Positions 29,214-39,547 of a DNA stretch of 64,000 nucleotides are shown piece by piece. The notes under the pieces were generated by a model, which saw only the letters and a program-made list of their open reading frames with translations, had not been told where the DNA came from and searched no databases. Position 1 is the first letter of the stretch, and each line of letters opens with the position of its first letter. A program made the translations under genes and the position numbers. The stretch is from Verrucomicrobiota bacterium (lineage in GTDB: Bacteria > Verrucomicrobiota > Verrucomicrobiia > Limisphaerales > Palsa-1400), in assembly GCA_049510745.1 (NCBI GenBank), contig JBEKYR010000004.1, positions 32,001-96,000 on the forward strand. Reading direction: 5' to 3'.

Positions 29214-29310
29214 TCGCCCAAGGATTTTTTTAAACCGCGAAATATGCGAAATATGCGAACGGATTGGATTTTTCGCGTCGTTCGGGTATTTCGCGGTTGA
29301 CTCGGTTTTC
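29214..29310. repeat. Dispersed 9-bp-periodic inverted-repeat element (CGCGAAA-type), copy 1
   Basis: aaccgcgaaatatgcgaaatatgcgaa...ttcgcgtcgttcgggtatttcgcggtt; outer ends shared, in reverse orientation, with 53864-54026. Confidence 0.85.
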
Positions 29311-29376
29311 TATATATGAAAAAACTCTCCGCGTCATCCGAAACAGTATTCACCGGGACAAACTACTGAATGCAAA

Positions 29377-32100
29377 TCAGCGCGCGCACGAATGGAGGAG
29401 GCGCCTTTCTTGACACTTACTGCGCATCGTCGAGACAATTGTCTCAGCCGCCCTTTTCCAGGTCCATTGCTTCATGTCTTCCGCGGCCGCCCGGCCGCGC
29501 GCTTGCGCCTCGGCGCGATGCTCGCGGGCGTATTCAATGCTGGCGATGATTTCGTCCAACGAAGGCTCAACCCACTGAGCCACCAATTGTCCTTGCGGGT
29601 CGTTGATGGCGAGAGGCCGGAGACTCTTGAGCAGGAAGGCATTGTTCTCATGGCAGACATCCTTGTGCCCGGTGGCATCGGTGACAATGGCCGGTTTGCC
29701 GCAGGCCATGTATTCCATGAGGACCAGATTGGTCCCTCCCTCACAACGATTGGGGAACAATCCAAGGTCGGATTGGCCATAGGCCCGGGCCATTTGTTCC
29801 GGCGTCAAATCCGCCATGGTGATCACTCGCCGGGGGTCGATCCCGTTGAGTCGATAGAGGTGCTCCATCTGCCCGACCCAATGGCGGCCGGACAATTCAA
29901 ACCGAATGTGAGGCGACGCCTTCATCGTCTCCATGGAGGCCGGCCACGGGTTGTGCCATGCTGTCAATAATATCATATCGGGATGCCTTTGGCTGAGGAT
30001 GGCGAAAGCCCTGAGCACAAGGTCCTGGCCCTTGCGCAGTTCGAATTTCCCGCCGGAAAAGAGCACGAAACGCCCGCCTGGCGCGGCCGCTTGGGGGTGA
30101 AACACCGTCCCGTCCACGCCTTGAATCAACAAGGCGCCGCGTGAAATGGCTTTCTCTCGCAGACGTTCCAGGCACCAGGTTGAGCCGGCAAAAACGACGT
30201 CGAACTGGCGGGCGTTTTCCACCGACTCGGACGTCAACTCGTTTTCAAAAAAGGCATAGCCGAAATTGTTGCGTCCCCGCGCGGTGGTGAAGGGAGTGAA
30301 AGCAGACCCTTGCAGGGGCGTGAAGAGATCGCCGGGCAGCGCTTTGCATTGGAACATGGGGTCGCTGCTCTCCAAAGGGCGCACTTCCACCAGTTTTGAC
30401 AATTCCGCCAACAAATGCCGGTTGCAGACGCCCCAACCGAAGCCGTGGCCCGGTTGTCCTGCGTAGTAAAGCGGGGTTGAGTCGGGGACGCCTGCCGGCG
30501 GCGCGACAGAATTGAATCCCGAATCAGCAGATTGATTCGCAGGCCGTGCAAGAGCGCGCAGAGCCACTTCGATTTGCGCGATGACCCCCGCCCAATCACC
30601 GGGCTTGGGCTGGCGAAAGAGGGTCATTGTGGGATACCAGGGGCTGTCCGAGCGTCCCTGCATCCAGCGCCAACAAGGGGCGTAAGAGAGAACTCCCCAC
30701 ACTGGACGCGCCAGCGCGCCGGCCAGGTGCAAGGTCGCGGTGCAGACAGAAATCACCAGGTCCATCTGGCCCATCGCCGCAGCGGTATCAGCAAAATCGC
30801 GCACGCGGCTGCCGAGGTCTTCAACCTGAATGTCCTCCGGCAACTGCCGCAAGTCAGCCGCGCGGGGACCACATTGAAGGCTGAAGAAACGAACGCCCGG
30901 CATCCGCAACAGCGGCAGAAACTGATCCAGCGAAGTCGAACGGATTCGATTCTTGCGGTATTGTTCGCCGCCAGCCCAGACGAGGCCCACTTTCAAAGTT
31001 CCCGCCGGTCCCGCGCTTAACGGAAACGTTTCGGCGGGCGGGATGGGAAGATAGGGGACGCGCGCCGGCACGTTTTCAAGCGTGGTTTTCAGCAGGTGCG
31101 GCAGGCTCATCAAAGCGGCGTGGGTGTCAAAGGGCGGGAGCGGTTCTCCCGAACCAAACAGTTGATCAATCCCCTGGACATGGCGCGCCAGAGCATGCAA
31201 GGGGGCCGGGCAAACCAGCAGCACGCGCGCTCCGCGCCCGGCCAGCAACGGGACGTAGCGGAGGAAATGGATGACGTCGCCCACGCCTTGTTCGGCGTAG
31301 AGCAAAATGGTCTGGCCTCCGAGGTCCCGGCCATCCCAGGCCGGCTCTTTCAAGGCCGGACGTTTGGCGGGCGCGTCGGGCCTGTTCCAACGCCACTCAT
31401 ACTCCGCCCATCCGCGAACAAAATCGCCGCCGGCCAGCAGCGCCAGGGACCTATTGTAACGCGCGTTGGCATCGTCCCCTTTGATGGCCAGTGCCTGATC
31501 GAAGGCCAGCACGGCTTCGCCGGGCCTGCCTTGGCCCAGAAGGGCATTGCCCAGGCTGTTGCAGGCGGCATTGGAACCCGGCTCCAACCGCAAAGCGCGC
31601 CGCGCGAACTCTTCAGCAAGGACAAAGTCACACTTCAGCTCCAAAGCCGCCGACACGGTATTGAGCAAGTCGGCGTTTGGATGCGGCTCTTGCCGGAGCG
31701 CCATTTCCAGGCTGGCCATGGCCTCGTCGCCACGTTCCAACTTGGTCAGAGCCGCTCCGAGTTGCGCGTGGACGCCGGGCAAATCCGGCTGGAGCGCCGC
31801 AGCTTTGCGAGTCGCCTCGGCCGCCTCGGCATACCGCCCCAGGGCCAGCAGGATGCTGCCTGCCGACCGGTGCGCTTCCGCGTTGGAGGGAGCGATTTTA
31901 ATGGCTCGTTGAACCCATGAGAGGGCTTGCTCGCTGCGACCCCGCTGGTGCTCGATCAGGGCCAGATAATTCAGCGCCAGAATATTGTGAGGCTCGTGCT
32001 GAATGACCTTCTCGCACAGCGCAACGGCTTGGGCGGGTTTTCCCGCCTCAAATTCTTTGACCGCTTGCTGGAGCAGTTGGATCAAATTGGATTTCAACAT
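29377..32100 (-). CDS. TPR-repeat protein fused to two GT-B glycosyltransferase-like modules
   Basis: N-terminal TPRs; YEWRW..EQGVGD..FLRY..DFADTAA..DLVISV module; C-terminal GKFELRKGQD..PNRCEGG..MEYMACGKP GT4-like module. Confidence 0.82.
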   Translation of the reverse strand: MLKSNLIQLLQQAVKEFEAGKPAQAVALCEKVIQHEPHNILALNYLALIEHQRGRSEQALSWVQRAIKIAPSNAEAHRSAGSILLALGRYAEAAEATRKAAALQPDLPGVHAQLGAALTKLERGDEAMASLEMALRQEPHPNADLLNTVSAALELKCDFVLAEEFARRALRLEPGSNAACNSLGNALLGQGRPGEAVLAFDQALAIKGDDANARYNRSLALLAGGDFVRGWAEYEWRWNRPDAPAKRPALKEPAWDGRDLGGQTILLYAEQGVGDVIHFLRYVPLLAGRGARVLLVCPAPLHALARHVQGIDQLFGSGEPLPPFDTHAALMSLPHLLKTTLENVPARVPYLPIPPAETFPLSAGPAGTLKVGLVWAGGEQYRKNRIRSTSLDQFLPLLRMPGVRFFSLQCGPRAADLRQLPEDIQVEDLGSRVRDFADTAAAMGQMDLVISVCTATLHLAGALARPVWGVLSYAPCWRWMQGRSDSPWYPTMTLFRQPKPGDWAGVIAQIEVALRALARPANQSADSGFNSVAPPAGVPDSTPLYYAGQPGHGFGWGVCNRHLLAELSKLVEVRPLESSDPMFQCKALPGDLFTPLQGSAFTPFTTARGRNNFGYAFFENELTSESVENARQFDVVFAGSTWCLERLREKAISRGALLIQGVDGTVFHPQAAAPGGRFVLFSGGKFELRKGQDLVLRAFAILSQRHPDMILLTAWHNPWPASMETMKASPHIRFELSGRHWVGQMEHLYRLNGIDPRRVITMADLTPEQMARAYGQSDLGLFPNRCEGGTNLVLMEYMACGKPAIVTDATGHKDVCHENNAFLLKSLRPLAINDPQGQLVAQWVEPSLDEIIASIEYAREHRAEAQARGRAAAEDMKQWTWKRAAETIVSTMRSKCQERRLLHSCAR

Positions 32101-32281
32101 CCAGTCAATCTGTACCAATAAACGGCCGCCGCCAATCCGTTTGACGCCTCCGGCAATTTTGCGTTTACCAACGCCATCAACTCAAATGCGCCGCAGACCT
32201 TGATAACCCTGAAAGTGCAATGAATCTAAATCCGGCGGCAAAATCTACCCGGTAGGGCGTCGGTGCTCTGACGCCTGCTTC

Positions 32282-32422
32282 AACCGCGTGGCCATTCGCT
32301 CGACCCTCCAGCCTGGAACGGTGACGCTGACAGCCACGCGCGCGGGCCTGGAACCGGCCACGGCGCGGCTCGAATCCAAACCGGTCAAAATCAAAGGCGG
32401 CCTGATGGAAGCGCCGCCCTGA
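32282..32422 (+). pseudogene. Orphan 3'-terminal fragment of a GH2-like glycosidase gene
   Basis: NRVAIRSTLQPGTVTLTATRAGLEPATARLESKPVKIKGGLMEAPP* with no in-frame start; preceded by a GTAG REP-like hairpin at 32251-32275. Confidence 0.65.
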
Positions 32423-32477
32423 GCCTTGAAAGTTCCTCTTTGCAGGCGCCCGTCGCTGTGTTAGACTTTTCTTCAAC

Positions 32478-32696
32478 ATGAGAACGGTTGAAGCAATCAT
32501 CCAGCCCAATGGCGAGGTCCGGCTGGTCGAGCCGGTGCGTGTGCGGTCTCCCAGACGCGCGCTGGTGACGATCCTCGAAGAGGAGCCGCAGGTGCAGGAC
32601 GCAGCCCTTTTGAGTGAAGCCGCGTTGGCGGAGGATTGGAATCGTCCCGAGGAGGATGCGGCGTGGGCACACTTGCAGCCGGCCAAGTCGTCATAG
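32478..32696 (+). CDS. Putative antitoxin
   Basis: ALLSEAALAEDWNRPEEDAAWAHLQ; overlaps the toxin gene. Confidence 0.8.
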   Translation: MRTVEAIIQPNGEVRLVEPVRVRSPRRALVTILEEEPQVQDAALLSEAALAEDWNRPEEDAAWAHLQPAKSS

Positions 32697-32989
32697 TTCA
32701 CTTCCCCTTTTCCGATCTTACTGCCTCCAAATTGCGGCCGGCGGTGGTGCTGGCGGATGCGGGGCGAGAGGATTGGATTCTCTGCCAAATTACGAGCAAG
32801 CCTTACGGCGACACACGCGCCATCAGGTTGGAGGACGGCGACTTTGCAAGCGGTTCATTGCGGCTCACGAGTTTTGCGCGCCCCGGCAAATTGTTCACGG
32901 CCCATGCCAGCCTCGTGGCCGGACAAGTCGGCGAGTTGAAAGCTGGCAAGTTCGCCGCCATCCGCGACGCCGTAAAACGGGTGATATAG
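32663..32989 (+). CDS. PemK/MazF-family toxin
   Basis: GQVVIVHFPFSDLTASKLRPAVVLA..ILCQITSK; GTG start after GGAGGA. Confidence 0.88.
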   Translation: MGTLAAGQVVIVHFPFSDLTASKLRPAVVLADAGREDWILCQITSKPYGDTRAIRLEDGDFASGSLRLTSFARPGKLFTAHASLVAGQVGELKAGKFAAIRDAVKRVI

Positions 32990-33150
32990 GAACCCAGGTC
33001 TAAAGTCGGCGGGGAAAAGGGGGAATGGGTTTGCTTTTGGGATGTGGCTGGATTAGTGTACAGTCAATTGGTTGGCCGTTGGTTCCGCCCAAAGTCGCGC
33101 AGAGACCGGCGCGGTTTGAGCTTGTGCGCGGAATGACCCAGACAACCCGC

Positions 33151-33942
33151 ATGAGAACCAAAATCGGACTTGTGTTGCTGGCCGTCACTTTGCCGCTGGC
33201 GGGCGATGTCGCGCCGCCGCCGGTTTACACCAGCGGATTCAGCATGACCATCCGGCTGGGACGGGAGTTGTCCGAGGCGTTGCCGGCCCAGTACGGCGAG
33301 CAGTTGGACCCGCAGGTTGTCACCCTCCAAACCCAGGATTTGCCCCTGGTGGCGCCAATTGCGATCACCGAGGAGAATCATGTCTTGCGCCAGGTTTCCC
33401 TCTCGGCCGGGTTCATCGACCTGGTCAATCATCTGGCCCACGCCAAAGCCATCGACCACGTCCAACCGGGTTATTTCGAGCAATACGTCAAGAATCTCGC
33501 CCTGCTCTGCACCAGCAACAGTTCAGTGCAGCCGCCCAATATCGTGGACACGCGCTATTGGGCCGAGGACGTCATGAACGACCAAATCAGCTACTTCAAT
33601 CAGATGATCGCCGTGGCCATGGCCATCAACTTGTCGCATCACTACTTGGGCCATTACACCAAGTACGCTCCCAAGCTGGCCGGGGCCGGGGACAAACCGG
33701 TTCCGATCAACAGTTTTTTGACGCCGGACGAATGGGAGGTTTCGGTCAAGGCCGGGACGGTGGACGCCCTCAATTGCGCCCTGTCCACCGAGGGCATCCG
33801 GGCGCTCTTTGAGGCGATCGACAAGATGCCCCAGCGGCCGGGGTGGACGGCCTACATCCTTCCGCAACAGGTCGATATCAAAAAGCTCAATAAACAACTG
33901 GAACGGTACGAGGACGATTTTTTCCACGGGAAGTTGAAGTAG
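33151..33942 (+). CDS. Secreted hypothetical protein, possibly a degenerate M48-like fold
   Basis: Signal peptide; VSLSAGFIDL and AINLSHHYLGH in place of HExxH. Confidence 0.6.
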   Translation: MRTKIGLVLLAVTLPLAGDVAPPPVYTSGFSMTIRLGRELSEALPAQYGEQLDPQVVTLQTQDLPLVAPIAITEENHVLRQVSLSAGFIDLVNHLAHAKAIDHVQPGYFEQYVKNLALLCTSNSSVQPPNIVDTRYWAEDVMNDQISYFNQMIAVAMAINLSHHYLGHYTKYAPKLAGAGDKPVPINSFLTPDEWEVSVKAGTVDALNCALSTEGIRALFEAIDKMPQRPGWTAYILPQQVDIKKLNKQLERYEDDFFHGKLK

Positions 33943-34002
33943 CCGGAATGGGCTTGACGCCGAGGCGCGGCGGGACAAGAATCGCGGGGTAAAGGTTATC
34001 TT

Positions 34003-35139
34003 ATGAGCAAAGTGGCAGGCATGGCGGCTGGGATGGTGTTTTTCTTCAGCATGGCAACGTCCATTCCCGCGCAAGAGCCGGTCCCTCCGCCCGCGCCGGA
34101 CACGCCGTTGCGCTCGGCGGCGGAATTGGATCAATTGCTCGGTCCCATCGCGCTTTATCCCGATCCGTTGATTGCGGAAATCCTTCCGGCTTCGACGTTC
34201 CCAAGCGAGATCGTGATGGCGGACCGTTATATCGGCGAAGGCGGCGATCCCAACCAAATCGCCAGCCAGGGGTGGGACCCAAGCATCCAGGGTCTGGCGC
34301 ATTACGCCAGCGTGCTCAAATGGATGGATGATAATCTGGCCTGGTCCACGCAATTGGGGCAGGCCTTTGAAAGCCAGCAAAGTGACGTGATGGATGCGAT
34401 CCAGCGCCTTCGCGCACAAGCCCAAAACCTCGGGAACCTGCCCAACACCCCGCAGGAAACGGTGGCCAGTGACGACGGAGCCATCGAAATCGAGCCGACG
34501 AATCCCGACGACATTTACGTGCCCGATTATTCGCCGGACACGATTTATTATCAGCCCGGCGTTTATTGCACCTACGGCATCGGATTTCCGATTGGCATCT
34601 GGCTGGCATATGATTGGAACTGGCGCGACCGTCATCTCATCTGGTGGGGGCCGGGGCATCCGCGTCCGGGCAACTGGTGGCATCAAACACCCCGCGAACG
34701 TCACGATTACATCGGCCAACACCCGGCGCCCGGCTGGCACGACGGCGGCAAGGCGGTCCTGCCGGCCAACCGTTATGACCGGGGCTTGGAAAAGCCGGAG
34801 GTTCCCCGCTCAGTCGCGCAGCCTGTGGTGCCGCGCGGGCATGCGGCCAGCGTGGTAACCGTCCACCCGGCGGAAACAGTTCGCGCTCGCGCCCCCGAGG
34901 TCGCGCCGGTGGAACGTCGCGCTCCGGCGGTCGCGCCGGTGGAACGTCGCGCCTCTGCGCCCAGCGAGTCGGCTGGCGGGGTTTTTGGCGGCTTCCAGAG
35001 CGGACGCCAGACGCAGGAGTCGAGTTCCCGCGGGCAGGCCAGCCGCGCCACGAGCGCCCCCTCCTTTTCGGCCCCGGTGTCGCATGGCGGCGGCGGTGGG
35101 GGCGGCGGGGGCGGTGGCGGTGGCTCAAAGCGACGTTGA
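34003..35139 (+). CDS. DUF3300-domain protein
   Basis: ELDQLLGPIALYPDPLIAEILPASTFP..WDPSIQGL..QLGQAF..DVMDAIQRLR; Gly-rich tail. Confidence 0.88.
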   Translation: MSKVAGMAAGMVFFFSMATSIPAQEPVPPPAPDTPLRSAAELDQLLGPIALYPDPLIAEILPASTFPSEIVMADRYIGEGGDPNQIASQGWDPSIQGLAHYASVLKWMDDNLAWSTQLGQAFESQQSDVMDAIQRLRAQAQNLGNLPNTPQETVASDDGAIEIEPTNPDDIYVPDYSPDTIYYQPGVYCTYGIGFPIGIWLAYDWNWRDRHLIWWGPGHPRPGNWWHQTPRERHDYIGQHPAPGWHDGGKAVLPANRYDRGLEKPEVPRSVAQPVVPRGHAASVVTVHPAETVRARAPEVAPVERRAPAVAPVERRASAPSESAGGVFGGFQSGRQTQESSSRGQASRATSAPSFSAPVSHGGGGGGGGGGGGGSKRR

Positions 35140-35148
35140 ATTCCAGGC

Positions 35149-36087
35149 ATGAAACCTCATTCTTTATCCCACAGTCTCCGAGTCGGAGTGGCTGCCGTTG
35201 GCGCGCTTCTTGTGATGGCCAGCCTCCAAGCCGTTGCGCAGGAGCGGTTTGCCACTTCTGATGACGCGGTCAAGGCGCTGACGGCCGCCACCGGAAACAA
35301 AGACACCAACGCTTTCGCTCAAATTTTCGGCCCGACGCTGCACGGCCTTGTTTCAGCGGATCCGGTGCAGGCGAGCAACGCCTTTGCTGTATTCACGCGG
35401 CGCGTCGCCGAGAAAGTCGAGCCGGTCCGCCAATCGGATGCGAAGGTCCGACTGGACTTGGGGGCGGACGCCTGGCCCTTCCCCATTCCGCTGGTGATGC
35501 AGAATGGGCAATGGTTTTTCGACACGGCGGCCGGGGCGGAGGAAATTCTGAATCGGCGCATCGGGCGGAACGAGTTGGACACGATCAGCGTCTGCCACGC
35601 TTATGTCGAGGCGCAACGCGCTTACGCCAGCCAGGATCGGTTGGGCGAGGGAGTGCTGGCTTACGCGCAGCAACTGCGCAGCACGCCCGGCGCGCACGAC
35701 GGTTTGTATTGGCATGCCGGGCCGGGCGAGGACGCCAGTCCGCTTGGCCCCCTGATCGCCCAGGCGCGCGGGGAAGGGTACCGGCACGAGTCCAAGATCA
35801 TGACGGAGGCGCAGGTTCCGTATCACGGCTATTATTTCAGAATCCTCACCCGCCAGGGCGCGCGCGCTCCCGGAGGGAAATACAATTACATCATCAACGG
35901 GCGCATGATCGCCGGGTTCGCCTTCGTGGCGTGGCCGGCGCAATGGGGGAATTCGGGCGTGATGACGTTCATCGTCAACCAGCAGGGCAAGGTTTATGAA
36001 CGGAACCTGGGGCCAAAAACCGACGCCATCGCCCGGAAAATGAGGGCTTACGACCCTGGACCGGACTGGAAAGCGGCGGAGAAATAG
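35149..36087 (+). CDS. DUF2950-domain protein
   Basis: WPFPIPLV..EILNRRIGRNEL..DGLYW..PYHGYYFRIL..GVMTFIVNQQG. Confidence 0.9.
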   Translation: MKPHSLSHSLRVGVAAVGALLVMASLQAVAQERFATSDDAVKALTAATGNKDTNAFAQIFGPTLHGLVSADPVQASNAFAVFTRRVAEKVEPVRQSDAKVRLDLGADAWPFPIPLVMQNGQWFFDTAAGAEEILNRRIGRNELDTISVCHAYVEAQRAYASQDRLGEGVLAYAQQLRSTPGAHDGLYWHAGPGEDASPLGPLIAQARGEGYRHESKIMTEAQVPYHGYYFRILTRQGARAPGGKYNYIINGRMIAGFAFVAWPAQWGNSGVMTFIVNQQGKVYERNLGPKTDAIARKMRAYDPGPDWKAAEK

Positions 36088-36349
36088 GCCGACACCAAAG
36101 CGACTTGAAATTTTCACGGGTTCGTGACGCGATTCCCGTTGACAAACGCGCCCGATTCTGCGAGTTTCGCCGCGTTAATGAATGGGAAGAAGGTCAAATT
36201 CGACGATTTTCTTGAGGCAACCCAAGCGGAAACCGGTTGCCGCGTTCTTTTCAACGGGATCGGAGCGTCAATTGAAACGTCAGTTGTCGGATCGCCAGGC
36301 CCTTTATCGTAAAAAACATCGATTAACAAACAAACAGCAAAGCCACCTT

Positions 36350-38560
36350 ATGAAAAAATTAGCTGCATTCCTCACCATTGCCTTTCTGACTTCCCTGTCC
36401 GTGCGGGCGGATGTGATTTTCCAGGATCTCCTGAATTACCCCGACGGATTGTTTGAAGGCGACGGTTTGTGGCAGGTCTATTCGCCAGCCCCCCCGATCG
36501 CTCCCTATGGGGACGCATTTATCACGAATGATTTGTTGATTCTCAACGAAAACAACAATGACTGCGTGGAGGCTCCTTTCACCAACGATCTCGCCAGCTC
36601 AGTCATCTTCGCTAGTTTTACCATCAATGTCACCACGTTGCCGTCGGTGAACGGCGGTTATTTTTGCGAGTTCCAGGATGCTGGCAACAGTAATGAGGTC
36701 GCCCACGTGTTCATCGCCACGACGGGCACCTCGGTTCCGGGGACTTATCGCCTGGGCATTAACAATTATATCGCATCCTCTTCCATCACCGCCAAGGCCA
36801 AGTTTTATCCGCTAGACCTGTCCACCAACATCACCTATTATGTGGTCTTCAGCTATGACACCGTTCAAACTGATCCGTATCCTGGCGCCACTCTGGTTGT
36901 CAACCCGGCAACGGTGGCTGATTATGACGCCAGCCCCGCTTTTGGCACTGATAACTCCCCCACGCCAGGCCAAGAGACTATAACAAATTCGCAGATTGGT
37001 TTCAGCCAGTACGACAATCAAGGCGTGGCGGGGATTGGCGATGTGTTTGTCGGCACCAGCTTCGGCGATGTTTTCACCAATACTCCTCAGATTCCGGTGA
37101 TTGGCATCCAGCCGCAGGACGGCAGTGTTTATTCCGGCAACAGTCTGACGCTTTATACGGCGGCTTCCGGCCTTGGCCAGTTGACCTACCAGTGGCTTTC
37201 CAACACCGTTCCGCTTTCCGATGATGGCATCACGGTGATCGGTTCGGCCTCGAACATCCTCGTTTTGAGCAACCTGCAAAACACCGCCAGCTACGGCGTT
37301 ATCGTCGGAAACACAGCGGGCACCACCAATAGCATGGCGGCGCTGGTGACGGTGACCAACACACCCACGGAGCCGTTTTTCATCACTCAACCGGTGGGCG
37401 TGACGAATGGCATCGGCGCCACCATCACCTTGACTGCGCTTGCCAATGGCACCGGGCCGTTGACTTATCAATGGTTTTTTGAAGAGACCAATCTCAGTAC
37501 TTATGTTTCGGTGGGAACCGGTCCCACCCTGACCCTGGCCAACGTCAATTTTAACCAATCGGGATCCTATTACGTTACTGCCACCGGCGGCGACGGCAGC
37601 CAAAACAGCGCCACCGTCAATGTGCAGGTGATTCCCCCGCCATTGGTCACTCTGGGCTATATGCATAGTTTGCTGATTCCCAATGCCCCTAATGGTACTC
37701 TTAATATCAACAACGGAGCGATATACACTGTTCAGGGTGTGGTTACGACTGTCGGCCAAATTGGGTCGAAAACTTACTCTGAATACTTTATTCAGGATGC
37801 AACCGGAGGCGCGCTGGTCTTTGTTAATCCTGCCACCTCCAATACGCCGCCCGTGGGCAGCCTCGTCACAGTAACGGGTCCGGCCCAGCAATATTATGGA
37901 GAATTAGAAATGGTTCCCAACGTGACGAACGGCAGCAGCACCGTAGGCATAATCAGTTCCGGCAACCCGGTGCCGGCGCCCGTGCCGCTGAACCTGCCAC
38001 TGATGGCCGCCACTCCCATGAGCGCCTATGGGCTTGGCATCCAATGTTCCCTCGTCACCCTTACCAATGTGTGGCTTTATTCCTCATCCAAGGGCGCTGC
38101 GGTCAGTGGCACTTACCCAAATAACAGCACCAAGGCGCTGTATGCGTTCAACCAGCCCTATTCCGCGGGCCAGCCGTATATGGAAGTTTATGTTTATACC
38201 TATACTAATGCTTCGAGCCTAAACACGAATTACTTCGGCAAGGCGATCCCCAGTTTTGCTTATGAAATAACCGGGGCGATGGCGCTCTACAACCCGACCT
38301 CGCCCGAAATCTATCCGTCACGTTATCAAGACATTGTCACCAACCCGCCGGCGTCCTTCCCGCTCAGCCTCTCATACACCAACGGAGTTTCAACGCTGAG
38401 CTGGCCGGCAGTGGTCGGCTCGACTTACAGCGTCTATAGCACCACCGACGCCGCCAGTCCCTGGACGCGGACCTTTGGTTTGAGTTATTATCCGAGCAGC
38501 GGCGTTTATACGACAACCAATTCCGCCGCCAGCCAGTTGTATTATGTCACCAGCCCCTGA
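36350..38560 (+). CDS. Secreted protein with Ig-like domains and an OB-fold-like module
   Basis: Signal peptide MKKLAAF; I..QP..LTYQW Ig repeats; [17 protein letters not shown]. Confidence 0.78.
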   Translation: MKKLAAFLTIAFLTSLSVRADVIFQDLLNYPDGLFEGDGLWQVYSPAPPIAPYGDAFITNDLLILNENNNDCVEAPFTNDLASSVIFASFTINVTTLPSVNGGYFCEFQDAGNSNEVAHVFIATTGTSVPGTYRLGINNYIASSSITAKAKFYPLDLSTNITYYVVFSYDTVQTDPYPGATLVVNPATVADYDASPAFGTDNSPTPGQETITNSQIGFSQYDNQGVAGIGDVFVGTSFGDVFTNTPQIPVIGIQPQDGSVYSGNSLTLYTAASGLGQLTYQWLSNTVPLSDDGITVIGSASNILVLSNLQNTASYGVIVGNTAGTTNSMAALVTVTNTPTEPFFITQPVGVTNGIGATITLTALANGTGPLTYQWFFEETNLSTYVSVGTGPTLTLANVNFNQSGSYYVTATGGDGSQNSATVNVQVIPPPLVTLGYMHSLLIPNAPNGTLNINNGAIYTVQGVVTTVGQIGSKTYSEYFIQDATGGALVFVNPATSNTPPVGSLVTVTGPAQQYYGELEMVPNVTNGSSTVGIISSGNPVPAPVPLNLPLMAATPMSAYGLGIQCSLVTLTNVWLYSSSKGAAVSGTYPNNSTKALYAFNQPYSAGQPYMEVYVYTYTNASSLNTNYFGKAIPSFAYEITGAMALYNPTSPEIYPSRYQDIVTNPPASFPLSLSYTNGVSTLSWPAVVGSTYSVYSTTDAASPWTRTFGLSYYPSSGVYTTTNSAASQLYYVTSP

Positions 38561-38583
38561 TTGCCGGGGACTGGCCTTGCAAT

Positions 38584-39519
38584 ATGCGTAACAAATTCAG
38601 TGCAGTGGGCGTGAATGCGGCCGGCAGGCGGCGCGCATTCACGCTCATTGAGTTGCTGGTCGTCATTGCCATCATCGCCATTCTGGCGGCCCTGCTGCTG
38701 CCGGCCCTGGCCAAAGCCAAGGAACAAGCCAAGCAGGCGCACTGTTTCTCCAATATCAAACAATGGGGGCTTGCCATCCAGATGTATTCCCCGGACAACA
38801 ATAACGGAATACCGCGCGATGGAATGGGAGTAAACGGAGACTACGCTCCAGATAGTACTGTAGCGGCAAGCGATCCTCGAAATCCTTATGGTGTTGCGGT
38901 TAACACCGGCACTCCCGAGGACCCGAGCGGTTGGTTTAACCTTCTCCCTCCGTATATGGGCGGAAAAACCCTGCTCACTTTTTACAACGCTCTCGAAAAT
39001 GCGCGGGGCGGAAGCGCGACAAAAGCAACACTTTATATGCCCTTTCCCGGCGGCCTTGGCCCTATCTGGGAATGTCCTTCCGCGAACATGACCTTGGGTA
39101 CTGTAGCCAATGTTTTGGCTGGACAGGGTGATTACGGCTTCTTTAGTTACGTCATGAACATTGACTTGAAAAGGGCAGATACTGGCGGCTACACCTCGGC
39201 GCTGCCCTGGCCGACCATGCCAAAGATGACCCGGCTTCCAAAACCGGCCGCCACGGTCTGCATGTATGACGAAGTCTTTGATCCGCTCACTGAAGTTGTC
39301 AACGGTTCGCCCCAGTATAATTCGGTCAACCCGGCTGATCGGCAAAACAGCTATGCCTCGCGTCATAACCAAGGCGGGATTATCAATTTTATTGACGGCC
39401 ACGCCCGTTTTTTCAAAACCGCCTATATCCAAAACAATCCCTCCACCGGCGGCGAGCTTGAACCCTTGTTGCCGGATGTTATTTGGGATTGGCCGTATCG
39501 AGCTTCCCTCGGTTTCTGA
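38584..39519 (+). CDS. Prepilin-type N-terminal cleavage/methylation protein with H-X9-DG motif (DUF1559-like)
   Basis: [40 protein letters not shown]. Confidence 0.9.
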   Translation: MRNKFSAVGVNAAGRRRAFTLIELLVVIAIIAILAALLLPALAKAKEQAKQAHCFSNIKQWGLAIQMYSPDNNNGIPRDGMGVNGDYAPDSTVAASDPRNPYGVAVNTGTPEDPSGWFNLLPPYMGGKTLLTFYNALENARGGSATKATLYMPFPGGLGPIWECPSANMTLGTVANVLAGQGDYGFFSYVMNIDLKRADTGGYTSALPWPTMPKMTRLPKPAATVCMYDEVFDPLTEVVNGSPQYNSVNPADRQNSYASRHNQGGIINFIDGHARFFKTAYIQNNPSTGGELEPLLPDVIWDWPYRASLGF

Positions 39520-39547
39520 GTTGCCGGCTTCCGTCCCGGACTTTCTG

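Noticed and set aside
32130..32470. Possible structured ncRNA such as tmRNA
   Set aside because: No tRNA-like ends; better explained as a REP-like hairpin plus a glycosidase gene tail.
34900..35125. 27-bp duplication and GGC run in the DUF3300 gene
   Set aside because: Ordinary low-complexity coding tail.
36182..36349. Upstream ORF extension or riboswitch before the Ig-domain gene
   Set aside because: The signal peptide starts at 36350; there is only a modest hairpin with no recognisable riboswitch consensus.
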